A stretch of 64,000 bases of DNA from a virus, in IMG/VR virus record IMGVR_UViG_3300032242_000965, positions 1-64,000 of that record. One strand, written 5' to 3'. Both the position numbers and the translations under genes were made by a program. Positions 9,894-19,057 of this stretch are shown here, in pieces. The notes under the pieces were generated by a model that saw nothing but the letters and a program-made list of their open reading frames with translations, did not search any database and was not told the DNA's origin. Position 1 is the stretch's first letter, and each line of letters opens with the position of its first letter.

Positions 9894-10283
9894 TTGGCAA
9901 TAATGATAAACAACGAATTTTTCAAAAAACTAACTGAGAATCATCCTTTTATAACTGTTTGCTCCTACGCTGGTCAAGACTATGTAGGAATCGTACAGAA
10001 TAGGGATGATATAGTCACCACTATATATGACTATGGATCCATCATTGATGCATTATTGCGTGAACGATTTTTAGAACTAGGTGATACTTGGTGGTGGGAA
10101 TCTAATAGATTAGTACCTATCAATATGTTCTTACGTACTGATTGGGATCCTTTTAAACCTTACTTAAGAACCTTCAATAACAAAAGCCTTAATATAGTTC
10201 ATGGACCAATATGTAGTATGTTAGAATTAGGCAAACGTAAAAGTAAACGCAAGTCTATTACATTAGTCAAACGAATGTCCTGA
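9894..10283 (+). CDS. Hypothetical protein
   Basis: Plus-strand ORF behind TATAAATA at 9878; basic C-terminus. Confidence 0.7.
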   Translation: MAIMINNEFFKKLTENHPFITVCSYAGQDYVGIVQNRDDIVTTIYDYGSIIDALLRERFLELGDTWWWESNRLVPINMFLRTDWDPFKPYLRTFNNKSLNIVHGPICSMLELGKRKSKRKSITLVKRMS

Positions 10284-10844
10284 TTCTAGTAGATTCATAT
10301 GAACTACTACAAGTTGTGCATAGGCAATAGCATGACTTTTCTTAAAACTATATCCATCACTACCTTTATCCCATACAGTATTTGAAACATCGCGCCATGT
10401 CTCGCCAATCAAATGTTTCTTACCAGGTCTCAGTAATGCTAAGAACATTGCTAGTCTAGGTATACTATTGATTGGTTCTGGCATTTTTTGTATGCTACTA
10501 TAATGATTGCTTAGATGAATAAGTTTCTCTACAAAACTCTTATCATATAGTTTTACCCAATTAGGTTCACGCATCGTTTCAATTAGATGTTGTTCGTCTT
10601 TGATTGCACTATAAACAAATACATTTAGTAAGTCTAATTTAATATAACCTCGTTTTTCGGCAACAGTATAATCTATATTAGCCATGTCATTCATACTATC
10701 ATATGGTATATCAGTTACATATACACCTGTTGCATGTTTACGAATAGGGCTAACATTACGCATACTTGCAGGTATATGTTGTATATGTTCTAATATACTA
10801 TCTCTATTGCCAAAGTCAATGTCAATGTCACTATTAAATTTCAT
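10263..10844 (-). CDS. Minimal DNA polymerase III alpha-like catalytic core (193 aa)
   Basis: DIDIDF, HATG, GYIKLDLL, ALLRPG, GYSFKKSHAIAY occur in DnaE order. Confidence 0.88.
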   Translation of the reverse strand: MKFNSDIDIDFGNRDSILEHIQHIPASMRNVSPIRKHATGVYVTDIPYDSMNDMANIDYTVAEKRGYIKLDLLNVFVYSAIKDEQHLIETMREPNWVKLYDKSFVEKLIHLSNHYSSIQKMPEPINSIPRLAMFLALLRPGKKHLIGETWRDVSNTVWDKGSDGYSFKKSHAIAYAQLVVVHMNLLESGHSFD

Positions 10845-11398
10845 TTTCTAGGTTCTACCAATCCAACTTTAATTAATTTCATATATGCTTGTTGTACAAC
10901 AATTGCTTGTCGTTCAGCATCTTCTACCGCCTTGTGGCTCGTAACATGACCATCTGACTTAAGTTTAACACCACATATATCATAGATAGTTCTAGTATCT
11001 CTAATGTTCCAGAAACTCCACGGTGGTAATTGTTTAAAGTTGCGCCATGCACTTTCCATTACAACAATATCAAAACTTGCACCATTACTCCATACATGTC
11101 CATTGTTATAACGCCAGCACCATTTGTATAATGTATCCATACAATCTTTGAACGATACTCTATCTCTGTCACCTAATGCTTCTTCTTGTGCGGCTAGACT
11201 TTGTTCACCCCACCAACGTAATGTATCATCATTGATAGTGCGATTGTACAACTCTGTTTGGTCTTCGATTGTAGGGCGCAATTCTAATCGTTCAATAATG
11301 CCTACACCTTTAGGGTCGAACAATACTGCGCCGATTGTAAGTATAACACAATCAGGTCCTGTATCTAAACTCTCAATGTCAACCATTATATCTGCCAT
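10841..11398 (-). CDS. DEDDh 3'-5' exonuclease (Rv2179c/DexA-like)
   Basis: MVDIES, WSNGASFD, RDTRT, HKAVEDA. Confidence 0.9.
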   Translation of the reverse strand: MADIMVDIESLDTGPDCVILTIGAVLFDPKGVGIIERLELRPTIEDQTELYNRTINDDTLRWWGEQSLAAQEEALGDRDRVSFKDCMDTLYKWCWRYNNGHVWSNGASFDIVVMESAWRNFKQLPPWSFWNIRDTRTIYDICGVKLKSDGHVTSHKAVEDAERQAIVVQQAYMKLIKVGLVEPRK

Positions 11399-11401
11399 AA
11401 T

Positions 11402-11722
11402 CTACCTTAATAATTCTGTTACAATTTGCAACTGTTCTAATAAATCTTTCACTGCCGGCTTATCTTTATGTTTTCTAATATCGTTCATTAATCTATTAAA
11501 TTTCAATAGTTCATTATTACCTTCAACAACAAACACATTTTGTGTTCCGTTACCATTAAATGCTAATACTGGACCACTTACCTCTCCTTGACTGAATACT
11601 ACATTAATACGATCACCGGCGGCAGGTGCTTGTCTGAATACTAGATTATTGTTATCATCTATATGATATTCAGAAGAACTTTGTACTATCCCATTAACAG
11701 TGATAAAACCATCTAATCTCAT
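11402..11722 (-). CDS. Hypothetical protein
   Basis: Ig-like FRQAPAAGDRI module plus a C-terminal helix. Confidence 0.55.
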   Translation of the reverse strand: MRLDGFITVNGIVQSSSEYHIDDNNNLVFRQAPAAGDRINVVFSQGEVSGPVLAFNGNGTQNVFVVEGNNELLKFNRLMNDIRKHKDKPAVKDLLEQLQIVTELLR

Positions 11723-12007
11723 TTATACTTTCCACAATTCGTACATAGTTTTAAATTTGTCGTCCCATATGATTATTGTAACATTTCCTGAGGCTAAAAG
11801 AAAGTCCCAGCCCATACCTCTTTCCCCGAAATTACGTCTGCACCATTTTATAATGATACTTGGGTCTTCTTTCTTACTCTTACAATCATATACATATTGA
11901 ACCTTATTACCACGATCCAAATAGTGTCTATCTGTTATAAGATGGTAATCTACTTTGTCGTATGGTTTGTGTGGTACAAATGTACCTGTACTATTTCCTA
12001 TTGCCAT
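11723..12007 (-). CDS. Small hypothetical protein, F-x-L-[RK]-W family (divergent)
   Basis: KWCRRNFG ... TMYELW. Confidence 0.6.
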   Translation of the reverse strand: MAIGNSTGTFVPHKPYDKVDYHLITDRHYLDRGNKVQYVYDCKSKKEDPSIIIKWCRRNFGERGMGWDFLLASGNVTIIIWDDKFKTMYELWKV

Positions 12008-12010
12008 AAT

Positions 12011-12235
12011 TTATCCATATTTTAATGTAAACCAAGTTGCCAAACTATCTATATAGAATGTAAAAATGGTGTATCTTTTGCTATCGACCCAATGCCCTGA
12101 TATTGGATCAGACTCTGGTGGTATATATTCAAAGTCAAAATGTCTTCCTTGAACATAACCATTACTTTTCAATTCTTGTACTATCTCTAGTGCTTTGTTA
12201 GGTCCCATATCTTCCATTGTTATTCTTTTTGTCAT
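12011..12235 (-). CDS. Small hypothetical protein, F-x-L-[RK]-W family
   Basis: C-terminus LATWFTLKYG. Confidence 0.65.
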   Translation of the reverse strand: MTKRITMEDMGPNKALEIVQELKSNGYVQGRHFDFEYIPPESDPISGHWVDSKRYTIFTFYIDSLATWFTLKYG

Positions 12236-12492
12236 AAGAACTTCAATACAAAATAACTTGCCAACTTATCATCTTCAAACTCTAGGTACCATACTAGTGC
12301 TTTACTAACTACACCGGTACGAGTAGTCATTTCTTCTTGTTCACATTTTGCTAACCAACCCTGCCCACCTATACTTCTGGGCAAATAGTGCAGTCTAGGA
12401 CCTACATTTTTTATCAACCACATTTCTTCTCTTGGATTTAATCTACGACCTAATCTTACTCTTGATTTTACTGCCATCTTAATAGAAACCAT
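12232..12492 (-). CDS. Small hypothetical protein, F-x-L-[RK]-W family
   Basis: WLIKNVG ... FEDDKLASYFVLKF. Confidence 0.65.
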   Translation of the reverse strand: MVSIKMAVKSRVRLGRRLNPREEMWLIKNVGPRLHYLPRSIGGQGWLAKCEQEEMTTRTGVVSKALVWYLEFEDDKLASYFVLKFL

Positions 12493-12773
12493 TCACAGTC
12501 TTTTATATCTTTGAACCAAAGCATATTACTATTTGCATACCAACGTTGATTGTATGACCATACACCGGGTTTATCTACTGTGCCACTATGTCCAAAAATA
12601 TCAACACACCAGGCTAGCATTTCTTGCCATTCACCACTAGAAACAATAGGAAATACTTGATGATACTCTATACCATATGCATGACCTACACCTTTATACT
12701 TAACTGAACGAATTGCCGCCCAGCCACCACTAGTACCTTGTAGTTTATTAGTTAGTTGTCGTTTCTTTAACAT
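12468..12773 (-). CDS. Small hypothetical protein, F-x-L-[RK]-W family
   Basis: WCVDIFG ... FKDIKDCEWFLLRW; start probably MLKKRQ at 12773. Confidence 0.65.
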   Translation of the reverse strand: MLKKRQLTNKLQGTSGGWAAIRSVKYKGVGHAYGIEYHQVFPIVSSGEWQEMLAWCVDIFGHSGTVDKPGVWSYNQRWYANSNMLWFKDIKDCEWFLLRWQ

Positions 12774-12870
12774 GATATTTTGAGTAAGGATAATGTTCTT
12801 GCAACCATTCAAGTAGTTCAGGATCGTATGGAAACTTGATTGAATTTGTTCTTTCAGTTATGTACATCAT
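12748..12870 (-). CDS. 40-aa microprotein
   Basis: Hand-translated MMYITERTNSIKFPYDPELLEWLQEHYPYSKYHVKETTTN; ATGA-coupled to the upstream ORF. Confidence 0.55.
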   Translation of the reverse strand: MMYITERTNSIKFPYDPELLEWLQEHYPYSKYHVKETTTN

Positions 12871-13133
12871 ACCCATCTCAATATAAACCATTCAGCATCT
12901 TGTCTATGTTTGAACAAATAATTACTACCTAGTCTCTGCCAATTATTTTTACAATTCCAATTCAACCATAGAATAATATCAATCGCTTGTTCATTAGATT
13001 TAAAATAAAATTGTACCGGCGTCCAACCATCTTCAATTAAAATGGATGACATAATTTTGTCATCAATATCTTGTTGCATTTGTTTTGCAATATTAGACAT
13101 TATTTCATCTTGTAATTGGCTATTCATGACCAT
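12867..13133 (-). CDS. Small hypothetical protein, F-x-L-[RK]-W family
   Basis: WLNWNC ... FKHRQDAEWFILRW. Confidence 0.65.
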   Translation of the reverse strand: MVMNSQLQDEIMSNIAKQMQQDIDDKIMSSILIEDGWTPVQFYFKSNEQAIDIILWLNWNCKNNWQRLGSNYLFKHRQDAEWFILRWV

Positions 13134-13363
13134 CTCAACATAAAATGAATAGCATCACGTTCATCTATAAAATCAAATATCATATAATCTTGTGTGGGAT
13201 GCCATGTAAACTTCTCACCTGGCATACCGAACTTTTCAATAGCCCATATACATATTTCATCCCAGATGAGTATACCATCACGACCATTAGTCCAATCTAG
13301 CCTGACTTTAGTACCCTGCTTGTCTAAGGGTATCTTTGATTTGTTTTGTAAGTTCTGGTTCAC
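13124..13363 (-). CDS. Small hypothetical protein, F-x-L-[RK]-W family
   Basis: WAIEKFG ... FIDERDAIHFMLRW. Confidence 0.65.
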   Translation of the reverse strand: MNQNLQNKSKIPLDKQGTKVRLDWTNGRDGILIWDEICIWAIEKFGMPGEKFTWHPTQDYMIFDFIDERDAIHFMLRWS

Positions 13364-14015
13364 GATGAAACTTCAATGCCCATTGTTCTGGATTTATATA
13401 ATCTATGACTATTTTAGCATGGTCTGTGTTTAATGTCTCTAAGAAACGGGCGCCACTATCACTCTGATATAACATCCATGGACTTATTTTACCCGTTGTG
13501 ATGGCATGACATATCTTATTTGGATTTGCATAACGTAATACATCATTAGGTTGTATATGTGCATCTTCACCTAATACCCCGCAATACTCTACACTTCTAG
13601 CAAGTGCATCAAATGGGTCTTCGGTTCTTAAATACTCGCATAGATATTTGGTATAGTTATTATCGCTAATCCAATTATCTATTTTAATATTATCTTTTAG
13701 TAACCAATCAATATATCTACTTGGGTTCAATACATTTACATCTACACAATAACTACCGAACTTTGCAAACAACGCATAATAGGGATTCTTTATGAACTCC
13801 TCATATGTTTTGTTTTTTGTTTTACTTGCGCTATGCTTACTGTAAAACTGTAACCAACTTTGAAAGCCTAGTCGATTGCCTGCATGGTCACGATGTAGCC
13901 ATCGTTGTTTGTATTCACAAATATGACTGAATAGTGTCTTTTCACGGACAAATTCTCTGTTACAGAATTCACAACCATATTTTACTGGTTGTTCAATTAC
14001 CGCTTTCTTTTTCAT
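13308..14015 (-). CDS. Zn-finger-containing hypothetical protein
   Basis: N-terminal CEFC-x12-HxC. Confidence 0.65.
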   Translation of the reverse strand: MKKKAVIEQPVKYGCEFCNREFVREKTLFSHICEYKQRWLHRDHAGNRLGFQSWLQFYSKHSASKTKNKTYEEFIKNPYYALFAKFGSYCVDVNVLNPSRYIDWLLKDNIKIDNWISDNNYTKYLCEYLRTEDPFDALARSVEYCGVLGEDAHIQPNDVLRYANPNKICHAITTGKISPWMLYQSDSGARFLETLNTDHAKIVIDYINPEQWALKFHREPELTKQIKDTLRQAGY

Positions 14016-14580
14016 ACTTCTCTATATCTGCCTCAGTAATTACATTTGCTAATGTTTTAATATCACTATATTTTAAGTTAGGGTATATCTTTGCTAAGAA
14101 ATGCATCTTCTTATGTTCTGTTACATACGTTTCACTCATTGCCATTATTTCATCAGAACTATATTTAGGATATATCTTTGTAAAGTAATCAATGATGTCA
14201 CTAATTTTAACTTTGTCACGTAAACTAGTAACACCTATCTTAAGATGAGGTATCCATTGATGATATTGTTTACCTGCTCCTAGACTTCCTGCACAAAACA
14301 TCAACCATTGTAATTTAGGATGACGTTGCACATATTCATTGAACAGATGTTTATTCACAGCACCATCCATTGCCATTACATAGTAACCTTGAATATCACT
14401 TGAACTTTTTACTGTACTAGCCCAATGCGTCATCATATAGGGTACAAACTTTTTCTTTTGTTCTTCACTAAGTCTATCATAGTAGCCATAGTCTTTTTTA
14501 TCAATAGCCAACAATGTTTCAAACAAGTCTAGGTCTTGTTTTTGAAACTTTTCATCTACTGATACTTTTTCTTTTGCCAT
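13993..14580 (-). CDS. Clamp loader small subunit (gp62-like)
   Basis: FVPYMMTHW, N-x-HL, HPKLQW, HQWI pattern; replication context. Confidence 0.7.
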   Translation of the reverse strand: MAKEKVSVDEKFQKQDLDLFETLLAIDKKDYGYYDRLSEEQKKKFVPYMMTHWASTVKSSSDIQGYYVMAMDGAVNKHLFNEYVQRHPKLQWLMFCAGSLGAGKQYHQWIPHLKIGVTSLRDKVKISDIIDYFTKIYPKYSSDEIMAMSETYVTEHKKMHFLAKIYPNLKYSDIKTLANVITEADIEKYEKESGN

Positions 14581-15083
14581 TAGAATGCCTGATTATAATC
14601 TACGATTTCACAATTACGACTAATCTCTTTTACAAAATAAACACATCTTGGTTTAGGACCATCATCTAACGGTACACATAAGAACTGACCATTCTTCAGT
14701 CTAGGTGCATACCATGTAACATCATGGTATATGTTTACAATCTCAATGTCTAGGAAACTGGGTCTAAAACTACTGAGTGGATTAAACTCAAATACTTTAA
14801 ATCCTCTATCATTAACGCTTGTTAACGGTAATGTTTCTAAGTCCCCGATTTCTGGTTCACCGATTAATACTTGCCAATCCATTGGCATCTTAATTACCTT
14901 ATCATCAATATGTAATACCAATGCAGGACTGTTAAAACTCTCTAAAAAGATTAACGGTATATAATGGTAATCAACGTTAGTAGGATTACTGTTATCAAGT
15001 ATTGCGAAACGTAAATCATCTATTTCCTCAGGTAATGTTTCTAGGTTGTAATATTGGTTGTTTTCTAAGTTTAATATACGCAT
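14580..15083 (-). CDS. Hypothetical beta-rich protein
   Basis: 167-aa ORF with its own sigma70 promoter. Confidence 0.7.
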   Translation of the reverse strand: MRILNLENNQYYNLETLPEEIDDLRFAILDNSNPTNVDYHYIPLIFLESFNSPALVLHIDDKVIKMPMDWQVLIGEPEIGDLETLPLTSVNDRGFKVFEFNPLSSFRPSFLDIEIVNIYHDVTWYAPRLKNGQFLCVPLDDGPKPRCVYFVKEISRNCEIVDYNQAF

Positions 15084-15089
15084 GATATT

Positions 15090-15118
15090 ATTATAACACT
15101 TTCTTATCTATATGTCAA
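15090..15118 (-). promoter_or_regulatory. sigma70 consensus promoter
   Basis: TTGACA-17nt-TATAAT, 6 nt before ATG 15083. Confidence 0.8.
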
Positions 15119-16561
15119 TTTTTCTACGTCAAATGGGTAGTTTGCTTCCTTATAGAAAGCCTTACGTTGTGTTAGGTGTCGTTTCGCAAATTTACACGTG
15201 CTGGTGATATCCCAGATTTGTACAAAGTCTTTGTCTTCCGCTTTCCTAATACCTCGCCCAATAGATTGTATAACCCTGACAAAGCTCTTTCCGGGTTCCA
15301 CAAGAACCAAATTAAATATCCTAGGAATATTAATCCCCACAGCGGCCACACCATAAGTCGCCACAATAACTTTGTTAGTAGCAGTAGCCACTTCATCATA
15401 CTGTTCCTTTCTTTCTGTCATATCAGTACCACCCGAAACAAAAACACTATCGGGGATTCTACTTACTAATTCTTTACCTGCATTAACTCTATCAACAAGT
15501 ATAAGAGTATTACCTGTTTGACTTATATCTATAATCTTTTGTGCAATAGCATCTAATCTATACGTGTCTTCTAACAAGTGCTTTAGTTCACTCTGGTAGT
15601 TACTAAACTCTACATCATCTTTAAGTTGCAATATCTTAACATGACATTGTGCTAGTACACCCTTTTCTTGTAGTTCACTTGCTGATAATTTATTAGTAAG
15701 ATTACCTAATGAAATATATAATGCTTGGGCCTCATAAATTGCTTTAGGTATCGTTCCAGTCAATCCCCAACGAATTGGAATCTGACTCATCACACCTGTC
15801 AATAATTCTTTCAATACATCAGCCTTAGCCATGTGTACTTCATCAACCATTACACAAACAACACCTTCAATGAACTCACCGATTGACACTTCTGCTTCAC
15901 CTGACTTAGTATTCTTTAGCATGTTACCTAAACTTTGCCAGGTACAAATAGTATGTGTCTTACCATATTCTTTTCTATCACCAAAGTATACACCAACATC
16001 TAATCCTAGATTGATATAGTCGGCTTCTGTTTGTACAACTAAACTCTTGTTAGGGACAATAACAATACTACGACCATAATTTTGTACACTATAACTAAGT
16101 GCAGCTGTCATTAATGTTTTACCTGCACCTGTTGCTACTTCTTGTATTGATTGCGGGTTTGCTAGAAATTCGTTTACTACTGTTAACTGATAGTCACGAA
16201 ACGCTACAGGTTCTCCTGCTTTAGGATGCCCTTTAGGCCAAGTATGCATACTAAAAGTATCTTCTTCTATCTTATTAAAATTAAAGACTGTGCTATATGT
16301 ACGCAGGTCTTCTAATTCAATTTCATATCCTGCATTGTCTAATAAAGGTAATATCTCAGGCAATAGATTTACATAAGTTGAACCACCTAAACTAAAGTAA
16401 CTGATTTTGCCGTTCCAACGACCAAGTCGGACACTTGGCAGATATCTTGCACCCGGCTTCTCATACTCAAATTTCTTCATCAACGCTTTTCTATCAGGCA
16501 ATTCTAAGCCCTCAATTTTTACGTTGACTTCATCTCTAATTATTAACTTACATTGTTTCAT
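15104..16561 (-). CDS. uvsW: SF2 DNA helicase UvsW-like
   Basis: ATGAGKT, DEVH, TGT, QSIGRGIR. Confidence 0.9.
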   Translation of the reverse strand: MKQCKLIIRDEVNVKIEGLELPDRKALMKKFEYEKPGARYLPSVRLGRWNGKISYFSLGGSTYVNLLPEILPLLDNAGYEIELEDLRTYSTVFNFNKIEEDTFSMHTWPKGHPKAGEPVAFRDYQLTVVNEFLANPQSIQEVATGAGKTLMTAALSYSVQNYGRSIVIVPNKSLVVQTEADYINLGLDVGVYFGDRKEYGKTHTICTWQSLGNMLKNTKSGEAEVSIGEFIEGVVCVMVDEVHMAKADVLKELLTGVMSQIPIRWGLTGTIPKAIYEAQALYISLGNLTNKLSASELQEKGVLAQCHVKILQLKDDVEFSNYQSELKHLLEDTYRLDAIAQKIIDISQTGNTLILVDRVNAGKELVSRIPDSVFVSGGTDMTERKEQYDEVATATNKVIVATYGVAAVGINIPRIFNLVLVEPGKSFVRVIQSIGRGIRKAEDKDFVQIWDITSTCKFAKRHLTQRKAFYKEANYPFDVEKLTYR

Positions 16562-17597
16562 ACATTGATTTTACTTTTTGTGGGACTTCACTATTCACTA
16601 AATGTATAACCTTATCTGTATACATATTAGATATAAGTGCAGTACGCATGTTATTGGTTAGTAATACACTACATTTATATTTTTTAATTTCTGATGTATC
16701 TTGTTTTTGATTTTTATCAATCAACAATAGATTAATATTGTTTTCTTCTAAGAAACCCTGAAACTCTGTAGTTATATATCTCGAAAAATATGTTGAATTA
16801 TACACTACAACAGCCTCACATTCAATATGTTTTAGATATTCTACCAATTCTATAACATTGTCAGCCTCTAATGTCGGTTGAGTTTCTTTTGCAAAATCAA
16901 TTACTTCCTCATCAATATTCATACCATTGACAACGCTATCATCAATCGTAATACCATGTCTTACTAGTTTAGTAATTGCAAATGGATTAATATCATCTAG
17001 TAACTCGCTTACCGCATCATATACGTATTCATTAGCGGCTAATAAGTAATAGGTGTTGTTTAGGTAAACTAATGTTGGATTCCAATATTTATATTTTTCA
17101 AATTCAAATAGGTATTCAATAACGTCTTTTATGTCATTACTATAATTAACTATACTAAAATTATTCTCTGTATGTTCCATAACATACTTTAATGTCTCTG
17201 TACAATAGTCAGTAATCCAAATTCTAGTATCTCTATTCCATACTATAGGATATTTACTATCCTTTAATAATTGTATATAGTTCTTCTTATAAGGTGTTCT
17301 TATGCATAACTTATCTTCCTCAGTATATACCATTGCCTCGGTAAATTCAGGACTACTGATAATGAGAGGACGTGTCCATGGTAGATTGGTTAAGTCAAAG
17401 GCTACTAATTTATTCTTTGCGAGTTGTCTACTATATCGTAAAATAATCTTGTCTAATAACTCATTCTGGTTAGTAGTTAATGGTTTATTATTTTCGTATA
17501 TATTATTCAAAAACTTCTTGTCGTAGGTACCTAAACTAATATTATGAACTAGGTAATGGATAACTTGTTCTTTTGTAGTAGGGGCAATTTTCGACAT
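16548..17597 (-). CDS. Hypothetical protein
   Basis: 349-aa ORF coupled to uvsW. Confidence 0.65.
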   Translation of the reverse strand: MSKIAPTTKEQVIHYLVHNISLGTYDKKFLNNIYENNKPLTTNQNELLDKIILRYSRQLAKNKLVAFDLTNLPWTRPLIISSPEFTEAMVYTEEDKLCIRTPYKKNYIQLLKDSKYPIVWNRDTRIWITDYCTETLKYVMEHTENNFSIVNYSNDIKDVIEYLFEFEKYKYWNPTLVYLNNTYYLLAANEYVYDAVSELLDDINPFAITKLVRHGITIDDSVVNGMNIDEEVIDFAKETQPTLEADNVIELVEYLKHIECEAVVVYNSTYFSRYITTEFQGFLEENNINLLLIDKNQKQDTSEIKKYKCSVLLTNNMRTALISNMYTDKVIHLVNSEVPQKVKSMYETM

Positions 17598-17641
17598 ATT
17601 AATATTATATACTTATCAAGTAACATAATCAAGTATAGTGG

Positions 17642-17669
17642 AAAAAAGAGGGACATAAAGTCCCTCTTT
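17642..17669 (-). terminator. Rho-independent terminator
   Basis: AAAGAGGGAC/GTCCCTCTTT stem plus T-tract. Confidence 0.85.
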
Positions 17670-17690
17670 ACTACTTGATGAAAGGGGTAA

Positions 17691-18740
17691 TCAAGCAGAT
17701 TTCATACAAGTACTTGTAGTCAATGCTTTCCAATTGCTAGGGCTAATCTTTACCAAGTCAGCAATTTTCAAGCACATACGCATACTCAATTCACGCAAAC
17801 GACTTTGATTCTCAAACATAAAATCAATAATCATTTCACCTTCATTATTTTCAAAGTCATATTCTTTGAAAAGACCACCGTCAGCGTCACGGTGAACTTG
17901 CTTAATACGCAACATTTTGTCACGTTCGCTATCAATAGTCAAGTCCAAAAAGTGACAACGACTTTGCAATGCCTCTAAGTGGTCTTGCAATTTCTTAGAT
18001 TTAACATTTTCAAACTTTAAGTTTGTAATGAAAATTGCAGTACCATTAAAATCAAAACTATCAGGGATACCTTCACGGCGTAACAATGAACTGTCAGAGT
18101 TCCAGCAAATGCGTCTACGCTTGCCTGAGTCCAACGCAGCCTTAAGAATGTTCAATGACAAATCATCGGCAAATACGCTATCGCAATCGTCAAATACTAA
18201 TACATTCTTACGATCCGAAAACTTGTACAATTGTGCATACAAGCCAAGTGCAGTCATAGCACCTTTGATAACTTCATAACGAACACGCTTGCCTGCAAGT
18301 TTATCAAACAAACTAGCCTTTTCTAATTGTGTCTCGACACCATATGACTTACCGACACCTGGAGGGCCTGAAACAATCATAGCACGAATGTCACCGTTGA
18401 TTGCCGCTTTTGACATTTCCTCAAGAACTGCAAAACGGGTAGCAATACGATTCATTGCCTCATCGTCAGATTCTTTTGGTGCAATAGTTTTGACTTCTTT
18501 AGTCTTAAATTCAATTGCGTTATTCACTTCTGTATCTCCATTAACAAATTCAATGTTTTCAATTCCATCTACCTTAACTTTAACATTTTCAATATTAACA
18601 TTAGGGAAGTGGCCCTCGTTTTTAACTGTCACGTATCCACCTTTCTTGCCTGTTTGATAACCTTTAACAAGTGTAAAAGTTTTGTTCACAACTGGCATAT
18701 TACGATACTCACCAAATTTAACACAAATCACTGATGACAT
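17691..18740 (-). CDS. AAA+ ATPase
   Basis: GPPGVGKS, LVFDDCD, FITN, ALQSR; start placed at MSSVIC after the AAAGGGG RBS. Confidence 0.85.
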   Translation of the reverse strand: MSSVICVKFGEYRNMPVVNKTFTLVKGYQTGKKGGYVTVKNEGHFPNVNIENVKVKVDGIENIEFVNGDTEVNNAIEFKTKEVKTIAPKESDDEAMNRIATRFAVLEEMSKAAINGDIRAMIVSGPPGVGKSYGVETQLEKASLFDKLAGKRVRYEVIKGAMTALGLYAQLYKFSDRKNVLVFDDCDSVFADDLSLNILKAALDSGKRRRICWNSDSSLLRREGIPDSFDFNGTAIFITNLKFENVKSKKLQDHLEALQSRCHFLDLTIDSERDKMLRIKQVHRDADGGLFKEYDFENNEGEMIIDFMFENQSRLRELSMRMCLKIADLVKISPSNWKALTTSTCMKSA

Positions 18741-18770
18741 AGAAACCCCTTTCAATCAATCAATACAAGT

Positions 18771-18799
18771 ATTATAACAGATATTTGATTTATTGTCAA
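18771..18799 (-). promoter_or_regulatory. Early sigma70 promoter with extended TTGACAATAAAT box
   Basis: TTGACA-17nt-TATAAT. Confidence 0.9.
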
Positions 18800-18999
18800 A
18801 TATCAAATGCGTATTCACCCTGAATAGGACCACTGATTCCAACTGTTCCTAGACCGAATTCTTTGCTTAGTGTGTGATACACTTTGCGGGCTTCATTTTC
18901 GTCACAAGCGACAAACAAGCACCCTGATGTAAAACTAGCAATGTTGTTTTTCTGCAACACTTTGGAAACTAGTGATAAAATTTCGTTTTCAGTAAGCAT
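18796..18999 (-). CDS. Hypothetical early protein
   Basis: Start MLTENE after AAAGGAG RBS. Confidence 0.7.
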   Translation of the reverse strand: MLTENEILSLVSKVLQKNNIASFTSGCLFVACDENEARKVYHTLSKEFGLGTVGISGPIQGEYAFDI

Positions 19000-19028
19000 T
19001 TGAACTCCTTTAATCAATCTATAGACAT

Positions 19029-19057
19029 AGTATATCACAATGCCCATTTATTGTCAA
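19029..19057 (-). promoter_or_regulatory. Early sigma70 promoter with extended TTGACAATAAAT box
   Basis: TTGACA-17nt-TATACT. Confidence 0.85.

Noticed and set aside
10263-10844. dnaE pseudogene
   Set aside because: Intact coupled ORF with all catalytic motifs kept and precise internal deletions; no frameshifted remnants alongside
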